DNA of 64,000 nt, taken from NCBI GenBank assembly GCA_903859375.1, contig CAIOMK010000059.1:3438-67437 (forward strand), read 5' to 3'. The translations under genes were made by a program, and so were the position numbers. The notes under the pieces are model-generated. The model was given only the letters and a program-made list of their open reading frames with translations. It was not told the origin of the DNA and did no database searches. This document shows positions 37,354-47,299 of the stretch, piece after piece. This DNA comes from Candidatus Moraniibacteriota bacterium (GTDB lineage Bacteria; Patescibacteriota; Minisyncoccia; Moranbacterales; UBA1568). Numbering within the stretch: position 1 is the first letter of the stretch; each line of letters starts with the position of its first letter.

Positions 37354-38113
37354 TATGATCGAAGAAAAGCTTCAACAACTCGGCTTACGTGAAAATGAGA
37401 CACTCGTGTACTTATGCGTTCTTGAGAATGCGGAAATCGCACCTTCGGAAGTGGCCAAGAAAACCAATCTCAGCCGGCCGACAGTCTATGCCATCGGCAA
37501 GGAGCTTGTGAAGAAAGGCTTGATACTCGAGGAAGACCGCTCCTCGGGGCTCCGATTCCTTGCCACACCACCCGAAACCATTCTCCGCGAAGTCGAAGCC
37601 TCGAAGCGTGAAGCCGAGGCACGGCTCGTCCTCGCAAAATCACTGGTGCCCGAGCTGTCCCTTCTGCCGAAATCGCAGAGCTATTCGGTTCCGAAAGTCC
37701 GCTTCATCGAGGAATCGCAGATGCTGGAGTATATATACAAGAAATCCGATGACTGGGACAAAAGCGCCCTCGGTCGGGATGCGACCTGGTGGGGCGTGCA
37801 GGACAGTTCCCTGGTCAGACAACTCAACGAATGGCTCACATGGTATTGGAAGCGCTCCGACCCGATGATCCAGACGAAAATCATAACGAATGAGAAGGAA
37901 GAAGGTCATTCGTTCGAGGGTCAGGCCAATTTCCGCCGGCAGATGAAATACTGGAACATGGGAGGCAATATCCGGACGACCCAACTGGTCTTCGGTGACT
38001 ACATCCTCATCGTGAATACGCATACCACACCGCACTCCCTCTTTGAGATTCATGACGCCGTCACCGCCGAAGGCCTTCGTCAGGTCTTTCGCGGGATCTG
38101 GGAAACGCTGTAG
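37354..38113 (+). CDS. TrmB-family transcriptional regulator (253 aa), divergent paralogue. The ORF-track start at 36866 is rejected.
   Basis: HTH LRENETLVYLCVLENAEIAPSEVAKKTNLSRPTVYAIGKEL. The upstream part of the long ORF is antisense to the other TrmB gene. Confidence 0.7.
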
Positions 38114-38129
38114 CCACCCGTGCGGGAAC

Positions 38130-38164
38130 AAAAAACGGACCCTCATGAGGGGAGTCCGTTTTTC
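38130..38164. terminator. Bidirectional terminator AAAAACGGACCCTCATGAGGGGAGTCCGTTTTT
   Basis: Hairpin CGGACCCTC/GAGGGGAGTCCG with A5/T5 flanks. Same family as 30899-30932. Confidence 0.6.
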
Positions 38165-38526
38165 GGTTGGAGAATGAACTTATAACAGTCCCATATTCCC
38201 GAACAAAGTGAGGGTGATGACCGGCATCAGGGCCAGAAGAAAAGCGAACGCCATTTCTTCCTGCTCCTGGGCCCGACTGCACCGCTCGCACGGCTGTGAC
38301 CCCGTGGCCTCACTGTGCACGTCACTCGAGGTGACCATAGAGTTTGTACTCATATGTTTGTGTTACGGTTTACTCTTTTGTAGCTCTTCAAAAAGAAAAA
38401 CGGATTCCCTGACAAGAGGGCACCCGTTTCCACTACAAACCTAGTATACACCTTTTATAGGTCCGAGTCAAATGGTGTGGTGGGAATAATCTTTCCCGCC
38501 ACACCATGATTTCATCGGAGCGCTCA

Positions 38527-39165
38527 TCATATGGACCGTTCCGACACTTTGACATTACAGAGCGGGAGAAGTTTCATCGCCACTTCTCTCCAATTCCCTT
38601 CGAAATGAACAGTGCCGTCCTTGACCATCGCGATGTTTTCATCCAGGAAGATGGCGATAGCCGAGCATTCCGATTCCCATGTGGAGCCGTTCCGAAATTG
38701 GATACCGAACGCTCCGAGTGGCAATCCGCTTATCAGCGATGAAAAGCTGACATGTTTCAGGAGATATTCGCCCCATGCGGCAGCCGTTCTCGGAAGAGCG
38801 AACAGTCCGGACAAAAACGGCGGGAGTTCCGAGCCGTCATAGACCAGTATGTTCACCGACGGATGCACGGTTCCGGAGATATATTCGAGTATGCCCTTGT
38901 ACCGGGTCTCAGCCTTGCGAAGGTCGAAGAACAGCATCCGTCCATGGGAAGAGAGTTCCTCATAGGTGAACGGTGAGACATCAAACCCTTTCTGCCTGTA
39001 AAAGTCGCGTATCACATTCGTGATGTCCTTCAGTGAGATGCGGAGATCATCGGTACAGGCAAATTGAAGGCTGAGAGTTTCCCAGTATGGAACTTCCAGA
39101 TAATGTAACTTCGAACGCAGGACCGAAGACAGCCCGTCGGCATCCAATACCATTTTTTTCGCCAT
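38527..39165 (-). CDS. Hypothetical 212-aa protein. Start at internal Met MAKKMVLD after AGGAGCTCAC.
   Basis: RBS-supported start. The upstream 44 codons of the ORF-track model lack an RBS. Confidence 0.55.
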   Translation of the reverse strand: MAKKMVLDADGLSSVLRSKLHYLEVPYWETLSLQFACTDDLRISLKDITNVIRDFYRQKGFDVSPFTYEELSSHGRMLFFDLRKAETRYKGILEYISGTVHPSVNILVYDGSELPPFLSGLFALPRTAAAWGEYLLKHVSFSSLISGLPLGAFGIQFRNGSTWESECSAIAIFLDENIAMVKDGTVHFEGNWREVAMKLLPLCNVKVSERSI

Positions 39166-39350
39166 GTGAGCTCCTGTGTATATCGATTGATGTAAAAGAT
39201 CCGTTCTTATTTTCTGCTTTATTCCTAGCACCAAAAACCGCTTCCTGTCAATCAGGACTGCCGGCTCCCGCCTGGAAAAATCATCGAAAAAAACCACCCC
39301 GGATCAATCGGGGTGGTGTGAACGGACGTCGTAGTTCCTCAAACCGGACC

Positions 39351-40562
39351 TTACTTTTTGTTCTTATTCTTACCCGGCCTCATCGAGTTAAACTTGTCTT
39401 TCAGTTTGCCTAACTGATGTATTGTCGCAGGCATTTTTTTCACCGATTCCTGTTTCGATACGGGCTTCAGCGCAGTACCCTTCTCGGGAAGTATCCGTAT
39501 CTTCGACTCGTCATCCGCTGTCAGACGGATTTTAGGCGGTACGGCGAAGCCTTCCTTCCTTGGGAACAGCAAAGGATACCAACGTCGCGCCTTCTGTTCG
39601 GTATCGTCCTGGAATCTCCTTATTTCCGCGGACAGATACCCGAACGTTTTCATATTATCCTCGTCCAACGCACTGATGGCTCTCGAGAGCATATCATAGT
39701 ATTTCATTCCCTCTTGGGAAAGATATTTTTCCAATTCCATCCTCTGACTTTCCACCCGGTCTGCATTTTCGCCTTCCGATTTCGTATTCCCGGCCTCTTC
39801 CCAGAGCCGTTCGATCACCTCCGAGCCGACGAGGTCTTCCTCTTTCGCCTCGCGGAACCCCCGCTTAAGAGACAGCCGGATTTTCAACTCCCGCATCGCA
39901 TCCCTCGCTTCAGATTCGGCGTCCAAACTCTTTTTTTCTTTTCCCTGATTCCGCAACGAGACGGAACGGTTGAAAGCCACTTCGATTTTCGCCATCATCC
40001 CGTCGAGTGATTCCTTTCGGGTCATCCCTCCGAATTCTTCTTTCCGAGACAGGAACAATCCGGTTTTCTTCATTTTCATGATATGCGAATCCAACGCTTC
40101 CTGTGCCTGCATGCGCCCCTTGCTCGCGTCATCATATTCGTTGACCGCGTCTTGCAACCGCAACAGGGCCTCGTGGTCTATCGTGTCCGCCTGAAGGTCG
40201 AACTCCCGTCTCATTTCCCGGAGAAATTCCTCTTCTTCGGTTCCTTCCAGTATGAAATTCGGTACTATGCCCTCATCCATACCGAGCTCCTTTCCGACAA
40301 GGCGCAGCGCGCCCAACTGCCTCACGGTGAAATCATCCACTGCGGTGACGAGTTCCCGATGCGTCTCAAGAAGGCCGTCCGGATCGACAGCTTCGAAATC
40401 ATCATTCACGGAACCGCTGTTCGGCTCCGACTGACTTCGCTCAGGTGATGGCGTGGCTGGGACCACCTGGTCCCGATCGTCGCCGCTGTTTGGGTATTCT
40501 TCCATATACGTCGTATCTTTGTTTTTATGATCCTTATCGTTCATGCGGTGTGCGCCGGGCAT
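39351..40562 (-). CDS. Hypothetical acidic coiled-coil protein of about 400 aa. Start uncertain: the ORF-track start at 40655 overlaps the Mur ligase gene by 58 nt.
   Basis: E/K/D-rich with predicted coiled coils. No catalytic motif. Confidence 0.5.
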   Translation of the reverse strand: MPGAHRMNDKDHKNKDTTYMEEYPNSGDDRDQVVPATPSPERSQSEPNSGSVNDDFEAVDPDGLLETHRELVTAVDDFTVRQLGALRLVGKELGMDEGIVPNFILEGTEEEEFLREMRREFDLQADTIDHEALLRLQDAVNEYDDASKGRMQAQEALDSHIMKMKKTGLFLSRKEEFGGMTRKESLDGMMAKIEVAFNRSVSLRNQGKEKKSLDAESEARDAMRELKIRLSLKRGFREAKEEDLVGSEVIERLWEEAGNTKSEGENADRVESQRMELEKYLSQEGMKYYDMLSRAISALDEDNMKTFGYLSAEIRRFQDDTEQKARRWYPLLFPRKEGFAVPPKIRLTADDESKIRILPEKGTALKPVSKQESVKKMPATIHQLGKLKDKFNSMRPGKNKNKK

Positions 40563-40597
40563 CCCGTCTTCTTCGTAAGGATAGCATGATTCCACTA

Positions 40598-41869
40598 TCA
40601 AAGCGCGGCGGATATCGAACCGAGCTCCTCGATGATGACGACGCGATCGTTCCACGCGATGCGTCGGTCGCCGACAGCCATCGTTTCTTCGGCTCCCTTT
40701 CCGGTGACGAGCAGTATGTCTCCCGAAGAAAGAAGTGCAAGCCCTTTGCGGATCGCCTCGCGGCGGTCGCGGATACGGAAAAGCGTCGTGTCTGTTTCCT
40801 TGTTCCGGATTCCCGATTCCACCTCATCGAGAATCTGTTCCGGGTCTTCGAAATATGGATCCTCATCGGTCAGGATGATGATATCCGCGCTCGAAGAGAC
40901 AATCTCACCCATGATCGGACGTTTGCCACGGTCACGATCGCCGCACGCCCCGAATACGGAAATGATTTTCGATCCGTCCTTCTTCATGGTCGAGACAAGA
41001 TCGTACAGTTTACCGAGTGAATCCGGCGTCACTGCGTAATCGACGATGATGGTCGCCCCGAGTCCGTTCGGAACGGATTCCATCCTGCCACGGATGAGCG
41101 ATACTTCCGATATCGCCCGGGCGGCCGTTTCTGCCGGCACACCGAGAAGCGATGCGGTGGCCGTCGCCGCAAGAGCATTCTCCACATTGAACGTGCCCGG
41201 CAATCGGAGAATGAAATCGGTTTCCGCAACGGAGAAGGTCGACCCTCCGAGTGTGAGCGTGATGTTTTCTGCGAGAAAATCAGCTTCGGTTTCGACGAGT
41301 GAATACGTCACTTTCCGTTTCGCTTTTTCCAGAAAAAACTCGGGCTCCCACATGTCGAGGTTCACGACGGCGGCATCCGACAAATCGAACAGGCGCCCCT
41401 TCGCCCGGCGATATTCTTCCATGGTCTTGTGATAATCGAGATGCTCGCGTGTCACGTTGGTGATCACTGCGACCGCAAAGCGCACTCCAGCGATACGCCC
41501 CTGATCAAGCGCGTGTGATGACACTTCGAGCACGACATGCGTACATCCGGCATCCGCAGCGGTACGAAGGAATGATTGGAGTTTGTATCCGCCGAGCGTC
41601 GTGAATTTCGATGCGTTTGTTTTTTCGTTTCCCGCGATGCGGAACGAAACGGTCGACGCGAGCGCGACAACGTGCCCGTTTTTCTCAAGGATCCGGGTGA
41701 GCAGATTCGCGGTTGTCGTCTTGCCGTTCGTCCCAGTGATGCCGACGATGGTCAATCCTCTCGCCGGAAACCGGAACCACACAGCGGCCGACAATGCCTC
41801 GACGACATGAGCCGCATTTTTTATCCGTTGCGGGATCACCGCTGAAAGGATGCGCTTTGGATTATCCAT
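40598..41869 (-). CDS. murE: Mur ligase family protein, most like MurE (UDP-MurNAc-L-Ala-D-Glu:meso-DAP/L-Lys ligase) but with a short N-terminal domain
   Basis: P-loop GITGTNGKTTT, central DYAVTPDSL, C-terminal TDEDPYFEDPEQI resembling the MurE DNPR region. Confidence 0.7.
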   Translation of the reverse strand: MDNPKRILSAVIPQRIKNAAHVVEALSAAVWFRFPARGLTIVGITGTNGKTTTANLLTRILEKNGHVVALASTVSFRIAGNEKTNASKFTTLGGYKLQSFLRTAADAGCTHVVLEVSSHALDQGRIAGVRFAVAVITNVTREHLDYHKTMEEYRRAKGRLFDLSDAAVVNLDMWEPEFFLEKAKRKVTYSLVETEADFLAENITLTLGGSTFSVAETDFILRLPGTFNVENALAATATASLLGVPAETAARAISEVSLIRGRMESVPNGLGATIIVDYAVTPDSLGKLYDLVSTMKKDGSKIISVFGACGDRDRGKRPIMGEIVSSSADIIILTDEDPYFEDPEQILDEVESGIRNKETDTTLFRIRDRREAIRKGLALLSSGDILLVTGKGAEETMAVGDRRIAWNDRVVIIEELGSISAAL

Positions 41870-41900
41870 AGATCCTCACTCAGAAAATTATGGGTCCGCC

Positions 41901-42908
41901 TTATCGTTTCCCGAAGGAAGACAACAGGGTCCGGATTCGTTGCAGGAAAAGGTAGGTCGCATATCGTGACGGCGATACGACGATATCGTATGCGCCAGGA
42001 AACACAGTCGATCGCGTATCCGGAGAAAATCCGAATTTGAATCTCGTTATACCGAGCCATTTTCCCTCGGATGCCTCGAACTCGGCCGTGCTCACCCCGC
42101 CGAAATCATACCAGGAACAACCCCGTCGTTTCGCTTCGCGGAGGCCTTCCCACTGGAGCAAAAACGGTGCCATATCGGCCCGGTGACGGTCATCGGATCC
42201 GCCGTGCAGATAGGTCGCCGTATCTCCGAAAAAGGTGAGCAGGTTCGCCGCGACCACCTCACCGTCCTTTTCAGCCGCAAGGATAGTCGCATCGGCACCG
42301 AGCAATGTCTCAAGCATGGCTTCGTAATACAGGACGGGATGTGGCGCGATGCCCTTACGTTCCGCGGTGCCGGTTACGAGACGGATAAACTCGTCCCGAT
42401 ATCTCTTCTCGGTCGAAGAGATGATTTTCACGCCGCGCTTTTCGGCGATACGGATATTATATCGCGTCTTCGACTTCATGCTGGCAAGAAGCTCCTCCTC
42501 CGACAAGGCGAGTGAGACCCGGAATGTCTCACGTGGCTGCATATCATGCGGCGCCTTCACAAGTTTCAAAGAAACGCTGTTCCGTATTTCGGCAAGGACC
42601 TCGTCCGTCTCCGGTTCTATCCGTATCCATCCCGCGTCTTCTTCCTTCGCCTTCGCGGACAGTGATTCCATCATCGACTTCACCAGGCCTCCCTCTTTGA
42701 CTCCCGTCTCCTGACTCCGGATTCTTCCGAGTGGTCCCTTCGGCACGTACAGATATTTCCCGACAAACGGAAGGGAGTGTACGACCCCGTTCGCACTCCA
42801 ATTGTCAGTGAAAAAACGGATGACCTGTTTCCCGGCCGCTTCCTGAAATTTCAACCACTTCTCCGATTGGAGCAACTCATTACCCCGATTGTTTTTTCTG
42901 GATTCCAT
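41901..42908 (-). CDS. FemAB-family peptidoglycan aminoacyl/peptidyl transferase. Start at internal Met MESRKNN.
   Basis: FemAB (PF02388)-like sequence throughout. The ORF-track N-terminus would overlap ruvA. Confidence 0.7.
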   Translation of the reverse strand: MESRKNNRGNELLQSEKWLKFQEAAGKQVIRFFTDNWSANGVVHSLPFVGKYLYVPKGPLGRIRSQETGVKEGGLVKSMMESLSAKAKEEDAGWIRIEPETDEVLAEIRNSVSLKLVKAPHDMQPRETFRVSLALSEEELLASMKSKTRYNIRIAEKRGVKIISSTEKRYRDEFIRLVTGTAERKGIAPHPVLYYEAMLETLLGADATILAAEKDGEVVAANLLTFFGDTATYLHGGSDDRHRADMAPFLLQWEGLREAKRRGCSWYDFGGVSTAEFEASEGKWLGITRFKFGFSPDTRSTVFPGAYDIVVSPSRYATYLFLQRIRTLLSSFGKR

Positions 42909-43035
42909 GAAATTCGATATTACACTTCCTCGTCCCCGGTTCTGATTGTATGGACGACAGACCCTATCCATCCCGGGTATCGGTCGCATGTCATCAATTG
43001 TCGGTTGTATCGACGTTACGCTTTGTGGAGTCTTC

Positions 43036-43611
43036 CTACTTTTTCTTCCCAAGTAGCCTGAGCGCCGCACGGACTTTTTCACCAACGTCCTTCACGCCGT
43101 CCGGCACGGCCTTGAGCGCATCACGCGCCTCGGAAACCTTGTAGCCGAGCGAGAGCAAAGCCTCGATCGCATCCCCGTCAGCCGTAGTGGACCGGGCACC
43201 CATGTTCACCGGTGCAGCGACCTTGTTCTGCAGTTCGACGATGACCCGCTCCGCCGTCTTCTTGCCGACACCGGAAACCTGAGTCAGCAAAGAGGGGTCT
43301 TTATTGACGATTGCGGTCCGGATCGTATCCGTATCCGCGATGGAGAGGATGCCGAGCGCCGCTTTGGGCCCGATGCCGGACACAGAGATAAGCGACTCGA
43401 ATATGGAAAGTTCATCCTCGGAGAGAAAACCGTACAAAGCGAGAATATCCTCACGCACGTGCGTGTGGATATGAAACGATACTTCCTCCGCCCCGGCCAC
43501 TTTGCCGAGCACATAGGCCGACACACTCACCTTATATCCGATACCACCGACCTCTACGATGAAGGAGCCGTTCCTGATACCGAGGTTTTTTCCGGAAAGC
43601 CAGGCTATCAT
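43036..43611 (-). CDS. ruvA: Holliday junction DNA helicase RuvA. Start at MIAWLSGK.
   Basis: N-terminal OB fold MIAWLSGKNLGIRNGSFIVEVGGIGYKV, HhH motifs SVSGIGPKAALGIL and VSGVGKKTAERVI, and a C-terminal domain. Confidence 0.85.
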   Translation of the reverse strand: MIAWLSGKNLGIRNGSFIVEVGGIGYKVSVSAYVLGKVAGAEEVSFHIHTHVREDILALYGFLSEDELSIFESLISVSGIGPKAALGILSIADTDTIRTAIVNKDPSLLTQVSGVGKKTAERVIVELQNKVAAPVNMGARSTTADGDAIEALLSLGYKVSEARDALKAVPDGVKDVGEKVRAALRLLGKKK

Positions 43612-43792
43612 ATTCATTCTCATAACAAGTGAAATCCCCTCTATGATAGCGGAATTCGCCCAAAAACGCCAAAACAGATCAACACCGCTCACCATGTCAT
43701 TCAAAGACGTCATGGCTTGCCAGAATCCCGAAGCCGTGATACAAAAGAGGAGACCTCTTTCGGGTCGTTTTTTCATCATCAAGACAACGGAT

Positions 43793-44062
43793 ATGCCTAT
43801 CAAAGAGAATGCCAAGAAGTACATGCGCGTGACCGAGCACAAGACGGCTCAGAACAAGATCGTCAAAGGTGTGTTCAAGAGCGCTATCAAGGCCACCCGT
43901 GAAGCGGTGACCAACGGCAAGATCGATTCCGCCACAGACCTCTTCAAAAGGGCTCAGAAGGCGATCGACAAAGCGGTCGCGAAGGGAACACTCAAGAAGA
44001 ACACCGCCGCCCGCAAGAAATCCCGCCTCAATGCCTTCATCAAGAAGGCCGCCGGGAAATAA
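43793..44062 (+). CDS. rpsT: 30S ribosomal protein S20. Start at MPIKENAKK; the ORF-track start at 43559 is rejected.
   Basis: Basic 89-aa helical protein whose C-terminal TLKKNTAARKKSRLNAFIKK is typical of S20. Confidence 0.75.
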   Translation: MPIKENAKKYMRVTEHKTAQNKIVKGVFKSAIKATREAVTNGKIDSATDLFKRAQKAIDKAVAKGTLKKNTAARKKSRLNAFIKKAAGK

Positions 44063-44083
44063 TAACATCCAGATTTCCACGAA

Positions 44084-44107
44084 CCCCGCCTCTTGGTGGG
44101 GTTTTTG
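44084..44107 (+). terminator. rpsT terminator CCCCGCC-TCTT-GGTGGGG-T5
   Basis: GC-rich hairpin plus T-run 20 nt after the stop. Confidence 0.65.
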
Positions 44108-44192
44108 TTATCTTGACAATGTAACTACAAAGTGTCACGATATACCCTGTCACGAAATCACAGGACGAATACCCGTCAAGCACCTTTAAAAT

Positions 44193-44504
44193 ATGGACAC
44201 ATTGAAAAACACCGTTTCTATCAAGAACCTCGACAAAGCTGTCGTCTTGGCAGCATTGTACAACGCCGCAAAACCTATCTATGAGTACATGAGAGTGAAA
44301 CCGGAAACGATGTCACCAGAGGAAGCACGGCTTTTCCTCAAGAACAAAACGGTCGTTTTTGGCGAATTTATCGGTCGTATTTTGAAAATCAAACTCGACA
44401 CCGATGTGATTCACACCGAAGGATACGATGCCGCCAACGGCGCTGGCAAGGCGAGACAGGCCATCGAACAGGCGCGTGAACAAATCTTGAATTTCGCGAC
44501 ATAA
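44193..44504 (+). CDS. Hypothetical 103-aa protein
   Basis: Complete ORF downstream of a TTGACA box (44112-44117). No motif. Confidence 0.45.
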   Translation: MDTLKNTVSIKNLDKAVVLAALYNAAKPIYEYMRVKPETMSPEEARLFLKNKTVVFGEFIGRILKIKLDTDVIHTEGYDAANGAGKARQAIEQAREQILNFAT

Positions 44505-44570
44505 CATCTTCAGCAAGACGAACGAGAAACGGTAAAAAAGACCGGGCATAATACCCGGTCTTTTTTCTTT

Positions 44571-45524
44571 TTACCATTTTTCGACGAGAAGCGTCAGCGC
44601 GAGTTCCGGATCGATCTTGCCGACTTTCATATCGGCATCGAGATCGGCGAGGAGTGTGAGTCCGGATTTGAGTCGGGTGAGAGGAAAAGTGCTCATCTTC
44701 GCAAGCAACTTGCCGGCGACGAACGGGTTCATTCCGGTCACACGGGCGATATCGTCTTGGCGCATATTGCCGCGATCATACTCCCCCCGCACTTTGAACA
44801 TTTCCCGCATCTGCCACGCGAGAAGACCGAATAATTTCTGTACACCGCCACTATCGCCACGGGATTCCCGAAGCAAGAGCTCGATAGCCCTCCCTCTATT
44901 GCCGACCACGAGCGCATCAAGCGCGACGAATACTTTCTCTTGCGGGTTCTCATGGATGAACATATCGACATCCGAGAGGGACACCTCCCCCTCTCCCTTG
45001 AACAGCGCCAATTTCACAGCCTCGGAAGAAAGTCTGGCCGAGTCGGTGCCACATGCGACAAGAATTTTAGCAATAGCATTACGGGAAAAAGTTATCCCGG
45101 GAACAACGTCACGCGCTTCGGAAACGACGAAGGCTTCGGCTTCCCTGGGCGTCAGGAAATCGAATTGCTCAGCCCTCCCCGCATGTTTCTTCAGATAGGC
45201 AAAAACGGGATCTTTTGCTTTTGGAGGTTCTGATTCTGAAAATATCATGGAGGATTCCGATCCAAGCCTTTTGATTGCGTCCTTCACGCTTTTGGCGTCG
45301 GCATCTTCGAGAGAGAGCACCTCCCTGATATCAAGCAGGCATTCCGAAGAGAACAAGTCGGCTGAACCGGCCTCAATCATTCGCTGCGCCACAGTAAGAG
45401 GATCCCCTGCCACGTCGACAGTCACCACCGTCCCCGACGGATACTTTGCGAGAAAACCTTTTCTCAATTCCGTTCGACGACGCACGAGCAGGAACCGATC
45501 TTTCCCGAAGAGGAGAACAATCAT
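44571..45524 (-). CDS. holA: DNA polymerase III delta subunit (HolA-like)
   Basis: N-terminal MIVLLFGKDRFLLVRRRTEL and the three-domain architecture typical of delta subunits. Confidence 0.7.
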   Translation of the reverse strand: MIVLLFGKDRFLLVRRRTELRKGFLAKYPSGTVVTVDVAGDPLTVAQRMIEAGSADLFSSECLLDIREVLSLEDADAKSVKDAIKRLGSESSMIFSESEPPKAKDPVFAYLKKHAGRAEQFDFLTPREAEAFVVSEARDVVPGITFSRNAIAKILVACGTDSARLSSEAVKLALFKGEGEVSLSDVDMFIHENPQEKVFVALDALVVGNRGRAIELLLRESRGDSGGVQKLFGLLAWQMREMFKVRGEYDRGNMRQDDIARVTGMNPFVAGKLLAKMSTFPLTRLKSGLTLLADLDADMKVGKIDPELALTLLVEKW

Positions 45525-45638
45525 ATGGACATATAAATCAGAAAAGAGAGTCGCCTGACTCTCTTCAGTATATCAGACTCGACTCGTCCGGAGATTCGGC
45601 TCAAATAAAGCCGTTTTTCTCATTAGAACTACGGGTTG

Positions 45639-46754
45639 TCAGCTTGCCGGCGTCCACCGCAACGTCTGTCCGGGATCGATGATATCGACCCACACCTGAC
45701 CGGGAACGAACTTGATTTCCTGACCGGAGTCATCGGTAAAGAGGAGCTTGCTGTCTATCTTGCTCTTGTCTTTCTTCCACGTTCCCTTGTACTGTTGACC
45801 GTTCATATAGAAATACGCCGCACCGGAATCCGCCTGGTCGAACCACGGGTCCCCTATCTGCACGTTCACATACTGCTCACCGACCTTGATAGGTGCGGCG
45901 TCCGCGATCATCACGACGACGTTTTTCGGTGCGATTTTCTGGCTGTTGTTGCGATCGGTATCGACGACGCCTCCCCACGTCCTGACATAAGAATTGCTTG
46001 CTTTGTCGTAATCATACTCGACATCAAACGGTTTCGCATACGCGACCCGCAGATTGCCTCCGCTCGGACGCTGATCCAAAGCCGCTTCAGACTGATGAGG
46101 ATATCCGAGAAACGTATTTTCCGTCCGGTATCCAAACGCTTTTGCTCCCTCAAGCAGGCTGGTGAATTTTGCATATCCGGTATCGACACCACGCATGTTT
46201 CCGGTCGCGTCCTTGCGGTAACAATATTGCCCGGCTGATTTTCCGGCATCATTATTGCAATTCATATCGTCTATGATGCCACTGTCGAGTACCGACTTGA
46301 ACTGTTCGATGTCGGCCCTTCCCCAATGGACATATATGGCATCGAAGCTTTTCGCGATATGGACGAAATCATGACGGGCGCTTCGAAGCGATCCGACTTC
46401 CTCCGGGATAGTACACCCATAGACACCCATAAGACGGGTGATACTGCCGTACACCGCCACCATCTCGACCACCATGTCAGCCTGGGACAGCCCGGCGAGA
46501 GGACGAGCCGACACGTCGGCCGGCTGCATGACCGCAAAGGAACGCTTGTTCCAATTCTCGCAGGGTAGACCGGAAATAGGACTCACGTTCCCATCGTTAA
46601 GAGGGGCGACCGGCGTCTGGAGCGTCGTATTGTCCATCCGAATACGACTGACGTTGTTTTTCCGAAGCATATCCCTCCCAAACGCAAAAAAGACGACGAC
46701 AAGTGCGACCGCGATCGCTATCGCCGCGACGGTAAACTTCATTCTTTTGTCCAT
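45639..46754 (-). CDS. Secreted or membrane-anchored hypothetical protein (N-terminal TM anchor, 371 aa), possibly DUF3048-like
   Basis: TM FTVAAIAIAVALVVVFFAF followed by a soluble domain. Confidence 0.55.
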   Translation of the reverse strand: MDKRMKFTVAAIAIAVALVVVFFAFGRDMLRKNNVSRIRMDNTTLQTPVAPLNDGNVSPISGLPCENWNKRSFAVMQPADVSARPLAGLSQADMVVEMVAVYGSITRLMGVYGCTIPEEVGSLRSARHDFVHIAKSFDAIYVHWGRADIEQFKSVLDSGIIDDMNCNNDAGKSAGQYCYRKDATGNMRGVDTGYAKFTSLLEGAKAFGYRTENTFLGYPHQSEAALDQRPSGGNLRVAYAKPFDVEYDYDKASNSYVRTWGGVVDTDRNNSQKIAPKNVVVMIADAAPIKVGEQYVNVQIGDPWFDQADSGAAYFYMNGQQYKGTWKKDKSKIDSKLLFTDDSGQEIKFVPGQVWVDIIDPGQTLRWTPAS

Positions 46755-46845
46755 ACGAGGTGATTACGATGATAATGAAATCAGTATACCATATGCCTGA
46801 AATAAAAAAGAAACGGGTCTGTAGGGACCCGTTTCAACGGTTTTG

Positions 46846-47190
46846 TCATCCTGCAAGCCGTATGTACTTCGCATGCGAACGTGCTGGGGAGAAGAAGAGG
46901 ACTTTCTTCCTGTGCGCAAAGGGAACCTTGTCAACGGACGCTATTTTTTTGAAAGAAACCGCGGATATATCGCGATCCTTCCAACGGCCGTTTTCAACCG
47001 ATGCAATAAATGTAATCCCGGCATGTTCATACTGATACTCGACTTTTCCGAACCCTCTGACGGTTTCACCGACCGTTCTTTGGTCCGGGATGACCGATTG
47101 GGAAAAATACTTCCGAAAAAAACGGTTGATGGCCAATGAGACCATCTCGCGTGAAAGCATTGAATCGGTTGGTGTTTCCATTGTATTCAT
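46846..47190 (-). CDS. Hypothetical 114-aa protein. Start at MNTMETPT after AAGGGAGG.
   Basis: Strong RBS 6 nt upstream of the internal ATG. Confidence 0.45.
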   Translation of the reverse strand: MNTMETPTDSMLSREMVSLAINRFFRKYFSQSVIPDQRTVGETVRGFGKVEYQYEHAGITFIASVENGRWKDRDISAVSFKKIASVDKVPFAHRKKVLFFSPARSHAKYIRLAG

Positions 47191-47299
47191 GGGGGGCCTC
47201 CCTTTGTTGTTAATGGATACTACGCTTCGAACATGGGGGGATAGTACATCGTCCATGGAAATAAATCAACTTCTTTCCGATAAGAAAACGGAGCCCTGT

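Noticed and set aside
38172-38353. Unlisted 57-aa minus-strand ORF (MSTNSMVTSS...MPVITLTLFGNMGLL) after the TrmB terminator
   Set aside because: It has no RBS and lies in a GC-rich terminator-flanking region. It is a possible tail-anchored peptide but is insufficiently supported.
38470-38503. 12-bp hairpin GTGTGGTGGGAA...TTCCCGCCACAC as a terminator
   Set aside because: There is no adjacent U-tract on either strand. It may be structural but is not a canonical intrinsic terminator.
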